Virus record (IMG/VR): IMGVR_UViG_3300044535_000472
Location: 58,615-122,614 of that record
Direction: 5' to 3' (one strand)
DNA from: a virus
Length of the DNA: 64,000 nucleotides
The stretch's first letter is position 1. Every line of letters starts with the position of its first letter. The notes under the pieces are model-generated. The model saw only the letters and a list, made by a program, of their open reading frames with translations, was not told where the DNA came from and did not search any database. Below are positions 17,832 through 28,924 of the stretch, piece by piece. A program made the translations under genes and the position numbers.

Positions 17832-20800
17832 TAGCGAGGAGATAAAGTTTGTTTCATGTTGTTAATCTTATAAAGCATCTTGGTGTTATTTTGACCAGGT
17901 GCATTTTCTCTAATAAGTTTTAATCTGTTTACATAGTGGCGAAACTTCTTACGTTGGAAAGCTGGCTTACTATAGTTAATATTATTAGGGTTTAACAAAG
18001 ATATATAACCGTTTGCTTGTGTATCCCACATTTGAGTTACAAATCCAGTGTATTCACCACGGTCTCTGGTTAAATCTACAAATTGATTAAAGCGATATTT
18101 ATTCTCTTCTTTAGAATACAATATGTCTACGTATGTTGGTGTATATGTAGGATACTGCATTGCGAGGACCGGGTTATTCTTTGGGTGTAAGTTTAATCGT
18201 AACTCACCAGATACCTGCTCAGAGTTATATACTATAGCTTTATTAAAGTTGTAATCAAGTACATGGAATCTGTCATAACCATCTTGGCTATAAACATAAG
18301 CCTCAAGTATGTACTCCATGCTCTTAATAGATGTAACAGTTTGTCCATTAGAAACTACTTCTTCTACTTCAAATGGATAATCTACCCCATAGAAGTTTGT
18401 ATAGCTTGAAGTACTTTCATTATGCTTCCAAATGTTAGGACCCTTAGTTGTAAGGATACTCATCTTAGATGGCATAATTAAATCAGGATGCCAGTCATGG
18501 AATGAGATAAACGCTTTAGCCTTAGGGTCATAACTTACCGTCCAAGATGCATCTTCAAAGTATAATGGATCACCTAGTGCTACTGTTATTGAAGTAACTT
18601 GACCATTGATAACCTTGTTAAAGATATCCTTCTTATCATAGACAAGTCCTGAAGGCGCATCAATTCTTAATTTAAAATCTCTTTTGGTAAAGTATACTAT
18701 TTGATTTTTATTATCAAATGATGCTTGGCAACCAATACCGGCTATAGGATTTCTTACTAATTCAAAGTCTGGAAAATCTTCTAAAAGCTTATATGGTAAA
18801 TATTTTGCAAACCACCATTTTAAACCAGCTGTAGAAATCTCTTCTAAAGATTGACCAATACCAAATATTTTACCTTGGCTTTGAGCAACATAGTATAATC
18901 CCAAGGGTGTATTAACAACACTTAATGGATCTTGCACTGATGCATACTGATAAGCAGCATCTGCATTACTAAAACTTTGCAATGGTTGTGAAAACAAACT
19001 ACCATCTCCAATATTAAGCTTTGTACCTAAATCTAGTTCAAGATTTTCTACAGTACGTGTCATTACTGGTGAATCCTTTTCAGTAAAAATTATCACACCG
19101 CTTTGGTCATATGGCTTAACAGATATAACTTTAGACCTAAAGTCTTTATAGTTAAATGCTAAAAAGACTTGCCAGTAATCTCTAATAGCTTCTAAACTTT
19201 GTGGTAAAGAATATATAAGACGATTAGGATAATAGGTAAAGCATTTCTCAGCTACATATGGATTGTAACTAATAGGCTGAACATTACCCCAGCTAATTAA
19301 ATCATGATACGTCTTAGAGATACCAAGAGACATATCATACTTAAAGAAATTACCAGCTTTGATAATACTTGGTTCAAATAGTGCTTCAGTATCCGCATAT
19401 CTGTATGGATCATAGAATCTTTGATCATCTTGATTACCCCAATCACGATAACTTATATTAAGTTCTGTTTCTACAAAGAAATCTCTAACCCCAGATTGAA
19501 ATAAATAGAAGAATGCATTCTTTACACCAAATCTAAAGCTAACATTAAAGTTGGTACCACCACCACCTAATGAACCAGAAGGTGAATAGTTTCTTCTATC
19601 TAAATGATGATAGTTAGATGGAATATCCCAAGTATTTGAGCTTACACTACCTAGTGATAATAAATCACCTACCATACTACCAAGAGCTCCCATTGCATCA
19701 TACTCACTTAAATTAGCCCAATATCTTGGATATGATATCATGTAGTGTAATCCATAATCAAACTGAGTACCATCTGGTTGACCGTAAAGCCAATCTCTAA
19801 AATAGAAGAAAGTATTTTTTTCAGTATATCTTCCTATATACACATCACCACCATACACAATAGAACCTGGTACTTTTTTACCCTTATCATTTTGTGTTAG
19901 TGTTAAAAACGTAGTATTGCTACATGAACCAAAATTACCATCAATTGGTTTTACAATAGTTCTGCAGCCTGAAGGAACTTGTAGTATACTATCTATTTGA
20001 CCATAAAGGTTAGGTCTTCTTATTTTAAATCCTGCATAGTATGATGAAGCTGTAGTATCAAAATCTTGTTTAACAATATCTAAAAAATCATATTCATTTG
20101 CAGTTAGTCCTGCTGTAGTATCATTATCAATATCAAATTGAACACCAATTGTGGTAAGAGAATTATCTACTATGCTTGGATCAGCAATATTATTACTTGC
20201 TTCAAACATTACAGCTCTTCCTCTATATAAGTTATTTACTCGATAACTTACTTGTGTACTATCTGATGCTGGAAAAGTCTGTAGCAAATTATCTAAGTAA
20301 TAAGATCGCTCAACTTTACGACGATGGTTACCTATTTGTACATTACCAATAGTGTTATTTGTTAAATCACCATGTGATAAATATCTATAGGCGTACTGTC
20401 TATATTTTGTACTAGCTTTTATAAGTTCTACGAAATTAGAAAGACCCATTCCCCAGTAACTCATAAATGAAACTATACCATAGGATGAAGCAATGCCTGG
20501 GTCTAGCATTTGCTGACCAGATAATTCAAGATCTAAATTTTCACTAAATCCAATTTTTACTTTAGAATCTTTATAAAATTGGTTATCAGAAAGTGTATGA
20601 TAAAAACCAGTTACATCATAGTTTTGACCAAATCCTAAAATCGCATTCCACGCTTGGTTATTACCTCCTAAACTAAATAGGTTATTACTATCATTAATAC
20701 CACTTTCAACAGTATTATCAGATCCTGGACCTTGTATTTGACCGTCTACATATAAAGGAACTTCAAACTTAGCACTATCTGGAATAGGTTCACTATCCCA

Positions 20801-23176
20801 ATATTTATTAGGTGTGCTACCCTCTAAGCCACTTATTGCTCCACCACTTATTGGACTTTGAGTTCCAGCACCCCCTACAACCCACGTACCTCCACCACCA
20901 CTTAATGCATTACCATCAATAGATTCATTATATTGACCTAACCATAGTTCTTTAGGACCTTGTTGCGATCTTGTTTTGCGACCTCTAGCTTTTATCATAG
21001 CTTCTGCCATACCTATAACAACTGCTACTGAAAAAGCTAAATCTGTAATAAGCTTGTGACGAGGATGTTCAGGTACTTCACTAAATGCACCATTAACATT
21101 ATTTGTATATCCTCTTTGTCCATATAAAACAACTTCTTGAGGTGTAAGATATGGCGATATTACTTGTGTATCAGGTGAGTGAAATGTAAATATATCTCTA
21201 AATACTTTACTAGGTGGTGGATAAAGTTGTCCATTATCGCTAGGTCCACCTGGTATGTCTTTAGTAGATAAAGATGGGTCAGGTTGTAAAGAATTATAAG
21301 GATAGTTTTGATAAAGAATTTCATCAGCACCATCTTTATCTTCCTTATAAGATCTTACATTGTTTATAATACCTTTTGCAATAACTGTTTTATTACCTTG
21401 ACGAGAAGATCTTAAAATCTCATAGCCTACAATACCAGGTATAACATTACCTTGATTATCTAATGGTGGTAAGATATTATCAAACTCTACTCCTAGTACA
21501 CGTATTCTAGCAGGTGAATTGTCAGCATTACTTACGATATGATTAGATGCGTCATTATATGATACAGAACCATTGCTATTATAAAATATAATATCAGCTG
21601 GCATTTTATGATGACGTAGTGCTTTACCACATAAATCATAATCACTATTAAGATTAGTGTTTGGGTATGGGTAGGAGGCTGGTGCTGTCCAGGGGTGATC
21701 CGCGTTATTAGCATCCCAAACAACAGGTTGATTATTTGGATAAATCTCAGTTGATTGCCAGTAACCCATTCTCCCCTTAGCTGTTATAATACCACCATCA
21801 TCTTGAGTTATAGATAATCCAGGATCGGTAATAAACGCTGTATTGTATACTTGCCAAACTGCAGTTTCATTATTTATAACATCATTAGTTATAGAAGGTT
21901 GTGCTGTTTCCCAGCCATACGCTGGACGTCCTGGTATATGATATGACGATGATGTATCTCCTGTATTATAAACCCAGCGAATAAAAAACGCATAGATTTC
22001 ATCACGCATATAACCATTAACATTACCACCTTTAAAATAGTAATCTGCAGGATATTCTGTAACTACCCATTTAGCAGATATCTGATTTGCTAAAGGTTGA
22101 TAGTTAAAACTAAATCTAGACTTAGGTGATGTTCTAATTAAATAATCATTTATTGAAAAAATACCCTCAGAAGTTTCTGTTATAGCATTTCTTACTACTA
22201 ATGATGGTAAAGGTACATCTTGTAATGTATCCGGTATTTCAGGAATTTCAACAGTTCTTGAGTTTGTGCTATATAATCCAATGCGCTTAGCAACAGTTTG
22301 TTGATTAACAAACTTTACTATTACAAGCTCAAACTGATCATATAAATCAGTTTCCATATCATTGATTACTAGCTGTAAACCTTCGCTAATATTATCATGA
22401 TTAAACAAAGATTGAATATTGCTAGGTGGATAATAGTCGGTTACACGTTCTCCATTTAAAGCATATGCTACAAATGCAAAGTATGAACCATTAAGTAAAG
22501 TACCTCCTGATAAACTTTTAGTAAGCTCAATACATGGTGTCTTAACAATCTTAGCTATTCTAATTTTTTCACAATCTAGCTGTAATGGATATATTGGTTT
22601 ACAATCTTCACATGGTCCTGAATTTACATCTTGTGTAATATAAGGAACACCAGGCCAAGGTTGTTCAAATGGTGCTACTCTAATATCTCCAATGTTTAAA
22701 GTTCTATCTGGATTATTACCATCTACAAAATATACTTGAAAAGAGCAATCATAGTTTTGCTTTGCCTCACCAATTACAATATTATATTTTGTAAAATTTA
22801 AACAAGGATCATTAACAATAGTATGATATGAACAAGTATTTGCCATGAATAATCCAACTTCTGAATTACCATTTTCTCCTGACGTAATAACCCACTTATC
22901 ATCATAAACATGTATAGCACCATTTATTTGATATGGTGCTGTTGTTTGAGCTCCGGGAGGAACACATAAGGTATTAGAAGGTTCATTACCTAAAACACCT
23001 ACATTACCATCTGTTGAATTATTTACAGCATTACGCGCATGTGACCAGCACGACTCTGGAAAATAAACATCATCGTAATCTTTTACTAAACCTTTTGAAA
23101 AAGTGTCACTTTGTGTAGTAATCATTGTGGTAATACCACTTCCTTTGCCACTTTTACCAGATACTTTCTTAGCCAT
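17831..23176 (-). CDS. Tail stabilisation protein (P22 gp10-like, crAss-type), 1781 aa
   Basis: Size, beta-rich composition, C-terminal WTVSYDP..KAFISFHDWHP segment, and position after ring and IHF-like genes as in crAss-like phages. Confidence 0.65.
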   Translation of the reverse strand: MAKKVSGKSGKGSGITTMITTQSDTFSKGLVKDYDDVYFPESCWSHARNAVNNSTDGNVGVLGNEPSNTLCVPPGAQTTAPYQINGAIHVYDDKWVITSGENGNSEVGLFMANTCSYHTIVNDPCLNFTKYNIVIGEAKQNYDCSFQVYFVDGNNPDRTLNIGDIRVAPFEQPWPGVPYITQDVNSGPCEDCKPIYPLQLDCEKIRIAKIVKTPCIELTKSLSGGTLLNGSYFAFVAYALNGERVTDYYPPSNIQSLFNHDNISEGLQLVINDMETDLYDQFELVIVKFVNQQTVAKRIGLYSTNSRTVEIPEIPDTLQDVPLPSLVVRNAITETSEGIFSINDYLIRTSPKSRFSFNYQPLANQISAKWVVTEYPADYYFKGGNVNGYMRDEIYAFFIRWVYNTGDTSSSYHIPGRPAYGWETAQPSITNDVINNETAVWQVYNTAFITDPGLSITQDDGGIITAKGRMGYWQSTEIYPNNQPVVWDANNADHPWTAPASYPYPNTNLNSDYDLCGKALRHHKMPADIIFYNSNGSVSYNDASNHIVSNADNSPARIRVLGVEFDNILPPLDNQGNVIPGIVGYEILRSSRQGNKTVIAKGIINNVRSYKEDKDGADEILYQNYPYNSLQPDPSLSTKDIPGGPSDNGQLYPPPSKVFRDIFTFHSPDTQVISPYLTPQEVVLYGQRGYTNNVNGAFSEVPEHPRHKLITDLAFSVAVVIGMAEAMIKARGRKTRSQQGPKELWLGQYNESIDGNALSGGGGTWVVGGAGTQSPISGGAISGLEGSTPNKYWDSEPIPDSAKFEVPLYVDGQIQGPGSDNTVESGINDSNNLFSLGGNNQAWNAILGFGQNYDVTGFYHTLSDNQFYKDSKVKIGFSENLDLELSGQQMLDPGIASSYGIVSFMSYWGMGLSNFVELIKASTKYRQYAYRYLSHGDLTNNTIGNVQIGNHRRKVERSYYLDNLLQTFPASDSTQVSYRVNNLYRGRAVMFEASNNIADPSIVDNSLTTIGVQFDIDNDTTAGLTANEYDFLDIVKQDFDTTASSYYAGFKIRRPNLYGQIDSILQVPSGCRTIVKPIDGNFGSCSNTTFLTLTQNDKGKKVPGSIVYGGDVYIGRYTEKNTFFYFRDWLYGQPDGTQFDYGLHYMISYPRYWANLSEYDAMGALGSMVGDLLSLGSVSSNTWDIPSNYHHLDRRNYSPSGSLGGGGTNFNVSFRFGVKNAFFYLFQSGVRDFFVETELNISYRDWGNQDDQRFYDPYRYADTEALFEPSIIKAGNFFKYDMSLGISKTYHDLISWGNVQPISYNPYVAEKCFTYYPNRLIYSLPQSLEAIRDYWQVFLAFNYKDFRSKVISVKPYDQSGVIIFTEKDSPVMTRTVENLELDLGTKLNIGDGSLFSQPLQSFSNADAAYQYASVQDPLSVVNTPLGLYYVAQSQGKIFGIGQSLEEISTAGLKWWFAKYLPYKLLEDFPDFELVRNPIAGIGCQASFDNKNQIVYFTKRDFKLRIDAPSGLVYDKKDIFNKVINGQVTSITVALGDPLYFEDASWTVSYDPKAKAFISFHDWHPDLIMPSKMSILTTKGPNIWKHNESTSSYTNFYGVDYPFEVEEVVSNGQTVTSIKSMEYILEAYVYSQDGYDRFHVLDYNFNKAIVYNSEQVSGELRLNLHPKNNPVLAMQYPTYTPTYVDILYSKEENKYRFNQFVDLTRDRGEYTGFVTQMWDTQANGYISLLNPNNINYSKPAFQRKKFRHYVNRLKLIRENAPGQNNTKMLYKINNMKQTLSPR

Positions 23177-23178
23177 AT

Positions 23179-24090
23179 TTAGACAGCATTATTTGTTCTA
23201 TAATTTGGTGCAAATGGAAAATAAGACTTGAACATATCATAATATTTACCATACATGGCTTTACGGTTCATAGCCCATAGTTTTTCCATTTCGGAGAAGT
23301 TAGGAGTATTAACAATAGTAAGTGCATTGTTTCTAGCAGCTCTATACTCTTGTGATACAAGTTGATATTGTGCTGCTACATTTTCTCCATCCATTACTAA
23401 GTTTTCAAGTATACGTTTTTTAATAGCATACTCATAATACTCATTAAGCATTGGATGATCTGGTATTAATAGGTCACCATTTTCATCCGTAAATGTTCCT
23501 TGATAGTTGATATAAACTGAAGCAGTTTCTAATGTTGTATACAACCAACCATCTTTAATCCAAGCTTCATCAACATGTGAGTGAAAAAGATTTGGCCAAT
23601 TGCAATCTACATATTTAGAATTTCTAAATCTTAAAGGAAAAAAGTTTTTGTACGCTCTTCTTTCAGTATTTACTACTTGAATAATTTGATACTCTGAAGT
23701 TTTTTCACATTTGCTAAAACATACCGGTTGTTGTGGTAATGAATCATTAGTGCAATATGCTTGTTCTACCCAAGGTCTCCATGTTGGCGTAACATCTTGA
23801 ACGTTAGTACCTTGCGCAGGTACAACTAAATCATACCCTTGTGATACAGCAAGAGCATAGTTCATCACATAGAAATCTTCTGGTAAACGTACTCTACCTT
23901 TTTCAACCTCAAGAATAGTTTCTTTAGTCATGTTAATTCTAAGACCTAAATCATAGTTTACACGCATTGCAACTTTGATAAGTTGCGCAGGGTCAATTCT
24001 GTTTTCTAGTGTAAGAGTTCTAAGATCTATCTTAACATCTTCAAGAAGAGACTCAAAGGTTCTATATTTAAGGGTGTAGTTGTAATTCAT
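23179..24090 (-). CDS. Tail tubular/ring protein (crAss-like)
   Basis: 303 aa, helical N-terminus, LEVEKGRVRLPEDF, LLIPDHPMLNEYYEYAI; synteny. Confidence 0.55.
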   Translation of the reverse strand: MNYNYTLKYRTFESLLEDVKIDLRTLTLENRIDPAQLIKVAMRVNYDLGLRINMTKETILEVEKGRVRLPEDFYVMNYALAVSQGYDLVVPAQGTNVQDVTPTWRPWVEQAYCTNDSLPQQPVCFSKCEKTSEYQIIQVVNTERRAYKNFFPLRFRNSKYVDCNWPNLFHSHVDEAWIKDGWLYTTLETASVYINYQGTFTDENGDLLIPDHPMLNEYYEYAIKKRILENLVMDGENVAAQYQLVSQEYRAARNNALTIVNTPNFSEMEKLWAMNRKAMYGKYYDMFKSYFPFAPNYRTNNAV

Positions 24091-24764
24091 TATGGTCTAA
24101 GTATACTTTGTTTATCATCAATTGCGGTATCTGAGGGAATAGCCATGCTAAACTTAAGATCATTATACACCTGGGCTTCAATTTGGCTAAATAAATAATC
24201 CGGTACGATAAGAGGCTGATCTTGTCTTTTAATACAATCTGGTTGAGTATCACATGTATATGGAGAAAGATCCTGCTCAAAGATACCCTCTACAGATACT
24301 GCCTCCCAATCCACATTAGGAAAATACAAGTACCCATTCAAATACCAATAATACTTTTGTTTATTGTATTTGTAGCCTGATGTTTTAGCCATAGAGTTAT
24401 ATAAGGCTGGCTCTGTTTTATATACTTGAGTAGAATCATCTACTGAAGCTACAGTTCTAAATAATGGTCCATATGAGCTATCCATTACTCCGGGAATTTT
24501 ATCTCTAGTGCGCTTTACCATGATGTTTGATTTAACATCGCAGCATGCCTCAACTTTATCTACCTCAATAAGGTCAACGCATGGAAGCCTCCTAAAGAAA
24601 CTATTAAACCTTAATATCTCATTAAGGCTATCTTGCTTCTTAATAAAGAACTTTGCATGTTTCATTATTAAGCTAAATATGTATCTATCTGTAAGAAAGG
24701 CGTCCTCAGTTGAGCCCTTTACTATATTTCTAACTCTAGATACTGCTTCTCCTATTGTAGTCAT
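24090..24764 (-). CDS. Tail ring/adaptor protein (crAss-like)
   Basis: 224 aa; N-terminus and YWYLNGYLYFPN segment resemble crAss ring proteins; synteny. Confidence 0.55.
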   Translation of the reverse strand: MTTIGEAVSRVRNIVKGSTEDAFLTDRYIFSLIMKHAKFFIKKQDSLNEILRFNSFFRRLPCVDLIEVDKVEACCDVKSNIMVKRTRDKIPGVMDSSYGPLFRTVASVDDSTQVYKTEPALYNSMAKTSGYKYNKQKYYWYLNGYLYFPNVDWEAVSVEGIFEQDLSPYTCDTQPDCIKRQDQPLIVPDYLFSQIEAQVYNDLKFSMAIPSDTAIDDKQSILRP

Positions 24765-24769
24765 ATCTT

Positions 24770-25360
24770 TTAAAATTCAAATTCATTATATACTGAAAGT
24801 AAAAAATCATCATCCGGCATATGCAGGTTATAATCAATATACTTTTTAGGATTAAAGTATAGTTGAGATACGGGTTTTGTTTTATCTATACTTAAGTACA
24901 TCTTCCATTTCTCAGGATATACTTTAGCAAACTCACGTTTAAATTGCCGTACTGGATTAAACGCCCATATTTCTCTATCTTTAATCTTATACTTACTATT
25001 ATAGTTTGAGAAAAATATTTTACCTATAGTACCATCTGTTTCCCAGTTCATTGTACTCACTTTGTAACCACACTCAAAAGACTTCTTATAGTCTACAACC
25101 TGCTTTTTTCTTGCAGGACACGCGCCAATAAATACATATCCTAACCCTTCTGGTAACTCAATACCATCTCGTGTATTGATTACCGTTCTCCATATCTTCT
25201 CACAATGTGTTGCTATAACGTTTTTAAACGTTATATAATCCACATCATCATAACCTTTATGCTTTTCTTTAAAAGCATTTAATGTTGCTGCCGTTACTGT
25301 TTTAGTAACAGGCTTTCTAAATCTTGGCGCCTTTAAGTCTGGTTTTCTTATAGGTTGCAT
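24770..25360 (-). CDS. IHF/HU-like DNA-binding protein
   Basis: Basic; helix pair followed by GIELPEGLGYVFI, similar to the IHF LxGFGxF motif. IHF-like genes sit here in crAss-like phages. Confidence 0.55.
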   Translation of the reverse strand: MQPIRKPDLKAPRFRKPVTKTVTAATLNAFKEKHKGYDDVDYITFKNVIATHCEKIWRTVINTRDGIELPEGLGYVFIGACPARKKQVVDYKKSFECGYKVSTMNWETDGTIGKIFFSNYNSKYKIKDREIWAFNPVRQFKREFAKVYPEKWKMYLSIDKTKPVSQLYFNPKKYIDYNLHMPDDDFLLSVYNEFEF

Positions 25361-25437
25361 ATTCTCCTATTATAATTTACAAAATTTCTTCCAGCTTTAA
25401 AAGTAATACTTAATGTGTTGAGAAACAAATATTAGTG

Positions 25438-25465
25438 AAAAACCCCCAAGCCATTGCCTGAGGGT
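25438..25465 (-). terminator. Intrinsic terminator
   Basis: Minus strand ACCCTCAGGC-AATG-GCTTGGGGGT followed by a T-run, downstream of 25505..26047. Confidence 0.7.
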
Positions 25466-25504
25466 CTCTCTTGTTAGTCACGCTAAACCAACAAACGTGG
25501 ACTA

Positions 25505-26047
25505 TTATGCTGTTAATGTCTTTATCATGATAAGAGAACTGATAGAACTGTTTATACCACAAGTTGTTCTTACTCTAAAATAATAGTTAGTATTAGGATT
25601 CAAAAGAGTAAGTGTATAGGTAGGGGTTGTTAAAGTAGATGATGTTGTATAGGATCCTGGTACAGTTCCATAATCTACAGTGTAACTAGTCGCACCAGTA
25701 TCTTCCCAGTTAAGTATAATAGCTGTTGTACCTATATAACTAGGGTGAACATTAATGGGAGGAAGACAAGCTGTATTCAAGTCTTCAACTGACATTGCCT
25801 GGTAAGCATTTTCTAATGATGCTCCTGCTGGTAATGCTGGATAAGAATCGCCACCTGCTAATAATGCTCCAAAGTTAATGATGCTATAGTTACCATGTTT
25901 TACACAAGTATCTTGGATAGTCTCATAGCACGGAGTTGGATCCGGGCAAGTTATATCAGGAGGACATGTGTATACAGGTGCAGTTGTAAGGGGGAGATCC
26001 TTACAACCGCACTTATTATCTGAACAATTACAAGTTTTGCAAGCCAT
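25505..26047 (-). CDS. Cys-rich protein with C-terminal fibronectin type III domain
   Basis: CKTCNCSDNKCGC N-terminus. PPINVH..IGTTAIILNW...SYTVDYG...LLNPNTNYYFRVRT is the FN3 pattern. Confidence 0.75.
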   Translation of the reverse strand: MACKTCNCSDNKCGCKDLPLTTAPVYTCPPDITCPDPTPCYETIQDTCVKHGNYSIINFGALLAGGDSYPALPAGASLENAYQAMSVEDLNTACLPPINVHPSYIGTTAIILNWEDTGATSYTVDYGTVPGSYTTSSTLTTPTYTLTLLNPNTNYYFRVRTTCGINSSISSLIMIKTLTA

Positions 26048-26057
26048 GTTTTATATT

Positions 26058-27569
26058 TTATAAGGTTGTACCAGGATAATATGGTCCAGTTTCGCTAGAT
26101 GAACCAGCTACCATTGTCATTCTAGTTTGATATGTAGTTGCGGTAGTTAAGCTACCAAATGTATAGTTATATGCTATACCTGTAGCAGGATTGTTAATTA
26201 CAGTACTAGCTATAATTCCAGTAGTTGTATTATTCCATAACTCCAAGTAATAAGTTACAGGGCCTATGTACGTTGGAGTAAATGTAGCTCTGAGTTGTGT
26301 AGTTGATACTGGAGTAATAGTTAATGCTGGAACAGCATCGCCTGCTACAAACTCTGTAAAGGTTAGTTCACATTTTTGATTAGTTGTAGTACTTAAATTT
26401 AAATTTCCTGTGATAATTTGATATGCATATGCACCTACACAACCTGTATTAAATGTACCAGGTGCTTCTACTGAAAAATCAATAGTTATACTAGTTCCAA
26501 TTACAGCACATAATGTAGTGCCTATATTATAATCAAAATAAATTCCATTACAGTCTGTAATTCTTATTAAAGCATTACCTGAGCATGTAACACCTGCGGG
26601 AATACTACCTTGAAAATCTACTGTTAATGTTGTAGTTCCCGGATCATATGATGAGTTAGCAAGACTTAACATAACTTGATTACACTCATTACAGCAGTTT
26701 GTAACAACGTTATTTAATGCAGCACGCATATCACATACAGTAATCCATAAGTTTTGTACCGCTGCTGATAATGTATTAAAGTTACCACTTGATGCAGTAA
26801 CCCAACCCGGGATAAGACCCATAGCAGCATATGGTTGTGATAATGGCGCTGCACTTTCTAAACCTTCACATTGTTTAGCTAGTACATCATTAACAACAGT
26901 TTGTGCGATTGCACCATCACCTACTACAGCTGTTTTAAGATCACATAATTCAGCTTCCATTGCTTCTACAAATGTTACAATAGGAATATCTGTAGATGGC
27001 GAGAGGCAACTTGTTGGAACAGTGATTTCGCCGCTATCTGGTGTACAAGGTAATACACAATTTTCAAGAGTTTGTACGCGACTTTGTAATGATAATATAT
27101 CTGATTGCACCGCTGCTAAAGCATCTGCAATTTCACAAACTCTAATACCAATAGCTGTTGCATATTCAGTAAGGGTCATTGTTGTTACTTGCTGACCAAA
27201 TTGGTTTGGATAATAGAAGCAAGGAGCAATAGATACAATACAATTATCAGGGCATACCGGCACATCTGGCGTAGTACCTCCTGAAGCATTTTGCAATTCA
27301 CAAAGTTTATCTATAATAAACTGAATAAGATCATGAATACTTTCAGGCTTAGGGCAGATCGGTGGAAAACATGATACATCAAAACCAGCAATGTCTAGTT
27401 GGTCTATTAATGTACAAAGCTCTGTTGCTACCTTGTAAGTAACATCAGAAATGCTATCCCCTTTGCATAATGTAATGCATGGAATATCTGGTCCCTGCCA
27501 GATTACGCAGTTACTTGAAACAGGATTACATCCTGCCTGTGTATTTGTTGGTTGAATCGGTGTTGCCAT
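26058..27569 (-). CDS. Cys-rich coiled-coil structural protein with C-terminal FN3-like domain (503 aa)
   Basis: Many Cys, a heptad segment, and C-terminal FGSLTTATTYQTRMT (FN3-like). Confidence 0.6.
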   Translation of the reverse strand: MATPIQPTNTQAGCNPVSSNCVIWQGPDIPCITLCKGDSISDVTYKVATELCTLIDQLDIAGFDVSCFPPICPKPESIHDLIQFIIDKLCELQNASGGTTPDVPVCPDNCIVSIAPCFYYPNQFGQQVTTMTLTEYATAIGIRVCEIADALAAVQSDILSLQSRVQTLENCVLPCTPDSGEITVPTSCLSPSTDIPIVTFVEAMEAELCDLKTAVVGDGAIAQTVVNDVLAKQCEGLESAAPLSQPYAAMGLIPGWVTASSGNFNTLSAAVQNLWITVCDMRAALNNVVTNCCNECNQVMLSLANSSYDPGTTTLTVDFQGSIPAGVTCSGNALIRITDCNGIYFDYNIGTTLCAVIGTSITIDFSVEAPGTFNTGCVGAYAYQIITGNLNLSTTTNQKCELTFTEFVAGDAVPALTITPVSTTQLRATFTPTYIGPVTYYLELWNNTTTGIIASTVINNPATGIAYNYTFGSLTTATTYQTRMTMVAGSSSETGPYYPGTTL

Positions 27570-27598
27570 TATATATAATTTACAAAAAAATTTACGTT

Positions 27599-28921
27599 TT
27601 AACTAGGTTCTGGGCAAATAATTGGAGTAGGCTCAGCAGTAATTTGTCCACATGCTGGTGTATAATACGTTGCCGCTAAGTCAGCTAATTCTTTTTTAAT
27701 AAGTATTTTTTCGGTGTTAATATCGCACTCGCTATTAATACCGTACTTTAAGTTCTTAAACATTTTATAGTAAGCATTTGCAAACTGTGTATTAGTTCTA
27801 ATATCACATTGCGAAGGCATCTTATAAAATACTCTATTTGGAGCAGGTATAATCCTGGTATATTTAGGTGGTTCTGGACCAAGGCAACATAAGCAGTCAT
27901 CATAGCCGGTTATTAAAGTAACTTCTTCAGTAGTTACACAATCTTCACCTAAACTTACTTGCCAGCATCCAGCATACTCTTGAATAGTAATTACAGAATT
28001 TACATAGAAAGCTAAGTTACTATTAGTAAATAACTGCTGTTGAGACTTACAATTAGTTAAAATATAGCATGGTTCTGGACAAGGTATTGCACCTAAATCT
28101 GTAACATCTGCTAAATCAATAACTACCGAGTTTAATAAACAAGGTGCAGAATCTAAACAAGGATCAACGACTTCTTCACCTATACAGCAAATACTATCTA
28201 CTAAATATGTTCCTGGATATTCAGGTAAATCTATAGTAATTGTATTACCCACATAAGAATCCCAAGTAGTATACTCAGGAGATGTATCTTCTCCAATATA
28301 AACAGTAATTGGATTACCTCCATCGCATGGTAATAATACAGCACAACATGTTGGATCTGCTGGTGGGGCTGGTTCAAAACAAGGACCTTGTCCTAAGTTT
28401 TCATCAACAGTAGGTGGTATTACAAGTAATGATTGATCTATACCGCATAAAGTGGCTGCAGGAACGCTACAACATACATCACTTAAATAGTATGTTCCAG
28501 AATAACCAGGTGTTGAAAATGTAAGTAACTGACCTTCTAGTGGTAACCATTCTAAATGTATAAACTGATTTTCTGTACCTAATCTTAAATATATAGGTTC
28601 CCCACCATTACATGGTATTAAAGTACCAACACAACTATTAATTACGCAAGGTCCTGATATAACTGTTATATCATCTGAGGATGGTGCACTTGGATAAGGT
28701 CCTGCTGGAAAACCACTTAAACATGCTAACTCACAACATATTGAACTTATGTAATACTCCGTACCTGAAACAAAAGGACTTGTTGTAGATGTAAAATGAT
28801 CTCCAATTAAAGCTTCATAAAATAAAGGCACGGGAGCACCCTGTAATCCTAAATTTAAGATTATTGCATCCTCTACATCATTAGAGCCGCAGGGATATAC
28901 TATTGCATAACAGATTACCAT
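27599..28921 (-). CDS. Cys-rich repeat structural protein (440 aa)
   Basis: Four related units of about 60 aa, each starting C-x-x-x-L/Y-x-[PN]-C and ending in CC. Confidence 0.6.
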   Translation of the reverse strand: MVICYAIVYPCGSNDVEDAIILNLGLQGAPVPLFYEALIGDHFTSTTSPFVSGTEYYISSICCELACLSGFPAGPYPSAPSSDDITVISGPCVINSCVGTLIPCNGGEPIYLRLGTENQFIHLEWLPLEGQLLTFSTPGYSGTYYLSDVCCSVPAATLCGIDQSLLVIPPTVDENLGQGPCFEPAPPADPTCCAVLLPCDGGNPITVYIGEDTSPEYTTWDSYVGNTITIDLPEYPGTYLVDSICCIGEEVVDPCLDSAPCLLNSVVIDLADVTDLGAIPCPEPCYILTNCKSQQQLFTNSNLAFYVNSVITIQEYAGCWQVSLGEDCVTTEEVTLITGYDDCLCCLGPEPPKYTRIIPAPNRVFYKMPSQCDIRTNTQFANAYYKMFKNLKYGINSECDINTEKILIKKELADLAATYYTPACGQITAEPTPIICPEPS

Positions 28922-28924
28922 ATT